A DNA stretch of 64,000 nt from Lama glama (Eukaryota): contig CM052818.1 in the NCBI GenBank assembly GCA_028534125.1, forward strand, positions 22,508,001 to 22,572,000, read 5' to 3'. The translations under genes were made by a program, and so were the position numbers. Below are positions 60,246 to 64,000 of the stretch, in pieces. Below the pieces are notes generated by a model that saw nothing but the letters and a program-made list of their open reading frames with translations, did no database searches and had not been told where the DNA came from. Within the stretch, counting starts at the first letter, position 1; each line of letters begins with the position of its first letter.

Positions 60246-61539
60246 TAGAGCTATGAAACCATACCTGTTGAATGCTGTATTCTAAGTCTGACCTTGGGAA
60301 ATCAGAGAAACTAAGAGTTCCTAGGCACGCCCTAGGAAGAAAGGGAGCAGCTGGCATGGAACCACATGGGACTCCAAATGGTTTGGAACAAGAGGACCAG
60401 AAGAATGGGCAGAACCTGGATACTGCCTGAAACCTGGGCTGGAACCCGGACTAGAACATTCCTTTCTCAATCCCTTGTTGAGGAGAGACTGGTAATTAAT
60501 GTCAGACACATACCTGATACTCCCTGAGCCTGTGCCTAACTGTTTAGAAGGCCATATAGCGTTCATGTGTGCTAGAGGTTAGGCTTTTCTCAACCAGTCC
60601 CTTTTGCTGCCATAACTAAGTTCTGAGTAAAGACCCCCACTCCCACCCCCCCCAAGACATGACTTAGGAGACATGGATGAACCAGTGGGCCCAGCTAACC
60701 GTCCCAGGTGAAGACCTCGGGTCTGGATGGGAAGCCACGTCAGCAGACACCGCCTCAGGGCAGAGGGCCAGGACCCGCACCGCTCCCGTCTGGGGTCGCC
60801 CGGCTGTGCCCGCAACATGTGGGCTGTAGGTTTTGTTTCTCCTCTGAAACTGGTCTTTCCCTGTTTCTAGAAAAAGATCAACACACCCTGAAAACTCATC
60901 TGCTGATCATCACAGGGGGTAAAAAAGAGACTCACAGGATTCTGAACTCCATTTTGCAAATGGCCAGAAAGATGTCAACTGAAATGAACGATGACTTCCA
61001 GTTAAGGGGACCGGACACGTTTCTCTGGCGAGCCCAGGTGGTTCCTCGGCGCTCTCAGGTGGTGATGGCCTGGGCTGAGAGCGCTGGGCTCCTCTCCTTC
61101 CTGCCCTGTCTCCCGAGGAAGATCGGGGTCCCACACCTCAGAGCACTGCCAGCATTGGCCTCTGAACAGATGACAAATGCCATCCAGACCTCTCCTGGTG
61201 GCCCCTGCAGGGCAGGGAGGACTCTGAAAGGCCCCAGCCAAGCCCAGGCCTCCAGCAACATCCTCTCCTCTTGGCCCCAGACAGCAGAAGGGCAGCCGAG
61301 GGGAAGCAGAAATGAGCTGTTGGTTTTTCTGCCACTGCTTTGATTTTTTTGTTTTTCCAAGAAGAAAACACTCAGCCCCGATCCCGGGGGAAGCAGGGAG
61401 GACAGAAGTGAAGACTAATTCTGAGCCTTCTGCCTCCCCCAAAGGAAGGGTGTGAACAGCGCAAAAGGGTCCAGCCTTCCAGCCTTCCAGCCTTCCTGGA
61501 ACCGAGCATGGGGGCGGCCTTCCGCAGTGTGCAACTATG

Positions 61540-62010
61540 CTCCACTCACTTTATCTCTTCTTGGGGCCTCACAATAACCCTGGTGGGTGCGAGTGGAAAG
61601 GGGTTGTTATCCCCACGTTACCAGTGAGGAAACTGACGCTTCAAGGTGGTAACTAACTTCTGAGAAAGAGATGACGTCCAGATCCTAAGGCAGGTCCTCT
61701 GATTCCAAATCTCCTGCCTCATCTACCACCTCCATGTCTGCCTCTGGACTGTGCCCCTTCCACACCCCTGTGCCCAGGCTCTGCAAGGCAGCATCCCAGA
61801 AAAGACCTAGCTTAGAGTGCATTCCCCATCAATTCCCCATCCCAGCTCTGCCACCATCCAGCTGTGTGGCCTTGGACACATCTGCGATCCCTCTGGGCCC
61901 CAGTTTCTTCATTTTGCAAGTAGTGACAGTAGTCCATTTCTTGCCCACCTCTATCAATTGGTGGGAGGATCAAATAAGGTACCTTACATGAAACAGCTTT
62001 GCAAGTTCTA
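61540..62010. mobile_element. Two MIR copies in opposite orientation (~61540-61735 minus; ~61850-62010 plus)
   Basis: 'gttgttatccccacgttaccagtgaggaaactgacgcttc...ctgattccaaa' and 'gctgtgtggccttggacac...ctctgggccccagtttcttcattttgcaag...gggaggatcaaataag'. Confidence 0.8.
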
Positions 62011-64000
62011 GCATATTCCACTGATATCGGGGCTGACGAGTATTACCTTCATGAAGGGAGTGAGCAGAAAGGCTTCCTACATCAAATGACCTCCCTCTCC
62101 TCCCCTCCATTGGCAATCCGGCTTCTAGTGAGTCTTTTCTCTCATTGAAGGGCAGATCCACCTGGCAAGACACACACCTCTAACCATTATCAGTCATGTG
62201 CTCTGCAGAGTAAATGAGTTTATCAGCCACCTACGCTCAGGGGACAGCTACAGCAGAGGGTGTCCAGTGCCCACCTTGATAAAATCACATGATACATCAC
62301 ATAGGAGATGGTCAGGATGGTGTCTCCAAGCTTGGGGAGCTTTTTTTCAGTTCTGCAGTCTCAGGGTTCAAAAAAAGGGGCAAACTGAGAATAGGAAAGA
62401 GCTCTTCTCCTCCTCCATACCCCCACCCCGACCCACATACCCCACACAGAGGTGCCCAGGCCTCCGCCAGGGCAGGAAGTGTTCCTGGGGCCAGGGTCCT
62501 CCTCCTTGACCACTCAGTCCCCAACAAGGTCATCCTTTGGGGTCAGGGCAGTGTGTGACCCCTCAGACCTGCCCTTCCCCAGGGGGCCAGCTAGGAGCAA
62601 GGAGACCCAGCTCACGCCCCCACCTCCAGGTGCTCCCATTTGTGTCTTCCCTCTGCCCAGGGACACAAGCCAGTCCGACTCACCCCTGTACCCATTCTGG
62701 GCTGCACCCTTTTCTGCTGTCACTGTGGAGGGTGGCCCAAGCCAGCCAGAGTCAAGTGGCTGGGTTGGTCTCCCAGCTGGGTCACTCTCCTCACCCTTTT
62801 CTGTGCCCCCGTCTCACTTCCAGGAACCTCTCCTCATTTCCCAAAGTCCCCAGGGCCTTCCTGCAGCCCTGGCTCTGGTGGTCACAAGGGACTTAGTCAT
62901 ATGGAGGTCTTCATGGCTTCATGTGGGACCTCCCCAACATCAGCGCTCAGCCCAGAGGCCCAGGGTTCTAACGGTGAGATGCTAGGCATCTTGAAAGTGG
63001 GGGTGAGATGAAGTGACGAGAAAGCGGCCCTCCCACTCCCCTGAGGTCCACAAGCGTGGCCACCTGCACCTGTTGTAAAATCAGCCCAGCCCCGTGGCCC
63101 CAGGACCTGAGAACTGACTGCTTTGCAGCCTGTAAATTAATCAAACGTGGCTGAGCAAGAATGTGCCTGAAGGGCTGGGGGAGGGGAGCCCCAACTCCTT
63201 CAGATGGAGGGTGGAGGCGGGCACCTTGTCAGATGGCCCCTCACTGATTCACAGCTCATTCGCCCAGGTTTGCCCACCTAGACCCCACCCAGCCCCACCC
63301 ATCTGAAAGAGGAAGAAATAAAAGACAGCAAGTGTGAGGAAACCATTTTATAGCTCTTTAATAACTGTTTTGCTAGGTTCTGTTTACTCTGTTCAAAGTA
63401 TGTTATAAAAATATTCTGTAATTAAGGAAAGAAAAAAAACCCAGGAAAGTCCTTTTAAAAACAGGTTTGAGGTAAAGAACAGGTTGATCCTATCAACTTG
63501 GGGAAAACATGTCCTGCAGCAAAAGACATCTGTGAATGTCTGTCTGCACTCACTGGGAGAGGGGAGTGACTGGGACGCCAAGGGACACAAAGCCTCGGGT
63601 CTGGGGGCAGCTCTGTCCGGCACCTTCAGTGCTGTAGCAGGAAGACAGAGTTACTCACACCAAGATCAACAGAAGACACCCAGCTTCTCTCCCCGGGGTT
63701 TGATTCACAAGCACTTGGCCCCACAGCTCGTCCAGCCCTGCAGACGGAGCCTGGGTCAGTGACTCAAGCTGTCCTTTCAGCTTCTGCAGGTAAATCCTCC
63801 ACTCTCTCCAAGATGTCTGGGACTCTAGGCAAGGAGGGGAGTGCTGACGTGAGCTTGTACTGGAGGAGCAGCAGCCTAGCCCTGTGGCAGGCTCTATTCC
63901 TATCCTCAACTCTCTCTCCTTCCTAAAAGAGGGGGGTGCATCCCTGCTTGTGGCCATGGGACTTGCAGCGACTTCTATGTAAGGAACATCCTGCCCCACC

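Noticed and set aside
60708..61343. Longest ORF in the window (211 aa)
   Set aside because: Non-ATG start, no recognisable homology, and overlapped by equally arbitrary ORFs on the opposite strand.
61471..61496. Short tandem duplications: (ccagcctt)x3 here, also taagaacatc x2 at 50041, ttggttcggcc x2 at ~54707 and aacaagaattt x2 at ~33931
   Set aside because: Ordinary replication-slippage microduplications with no higher-order structure.
1..64000. Host protein-coding gene, CRISPR array, rRNA, or prokaryote-style operon
   Set aside because: The sequence is mammalian and repeat-rich. No ORF resembles a cellular protein I recognise, there is no in-frame exon chain, and there is no regularly spaced repeat-spacer array.

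Overview
Mammalian genomic DNA, very probably from a camelid (alpaca/llama/camel). The species call is an inference from seven tRNA-Ala-derived SINEs resembling the camelid vic-1 family and from young artiodactyl-type L1 3' ends. I cannot support any protein-coding gene. The ORF track is mostly chance ORFs in GC-rich DNA, and the only recognisable coding remnants are retroelement-derived. The window looks intergenic or intronic, with many old eutherian repeats (MIR, L2, MLT1/MaLR, L1M, hAT elements resembling MER5A, MER33, MER58A, MER91A and FordPrefect). The best-supported unusual structure is a decayed, internally deleted ERV1-class provirus on the minus strand (~28440-32032). It keeps both LTRs, a polypurine tract, and gag-MA, integrase and env remnants, and a MER58A-like DNA transposon sits exactly at the gag/integrase deletion junction. 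There is also a transposon-poor ~8 kb domain, several enhancer-like unique blocks, and isolated well-formed splice-site pairs suggesting a possible lncRNA. I found no convincing novel biological system. Repeat family names come from recalled consensus sequences, not a database search, and most boundaries are approximate unless a TSD is quoted.
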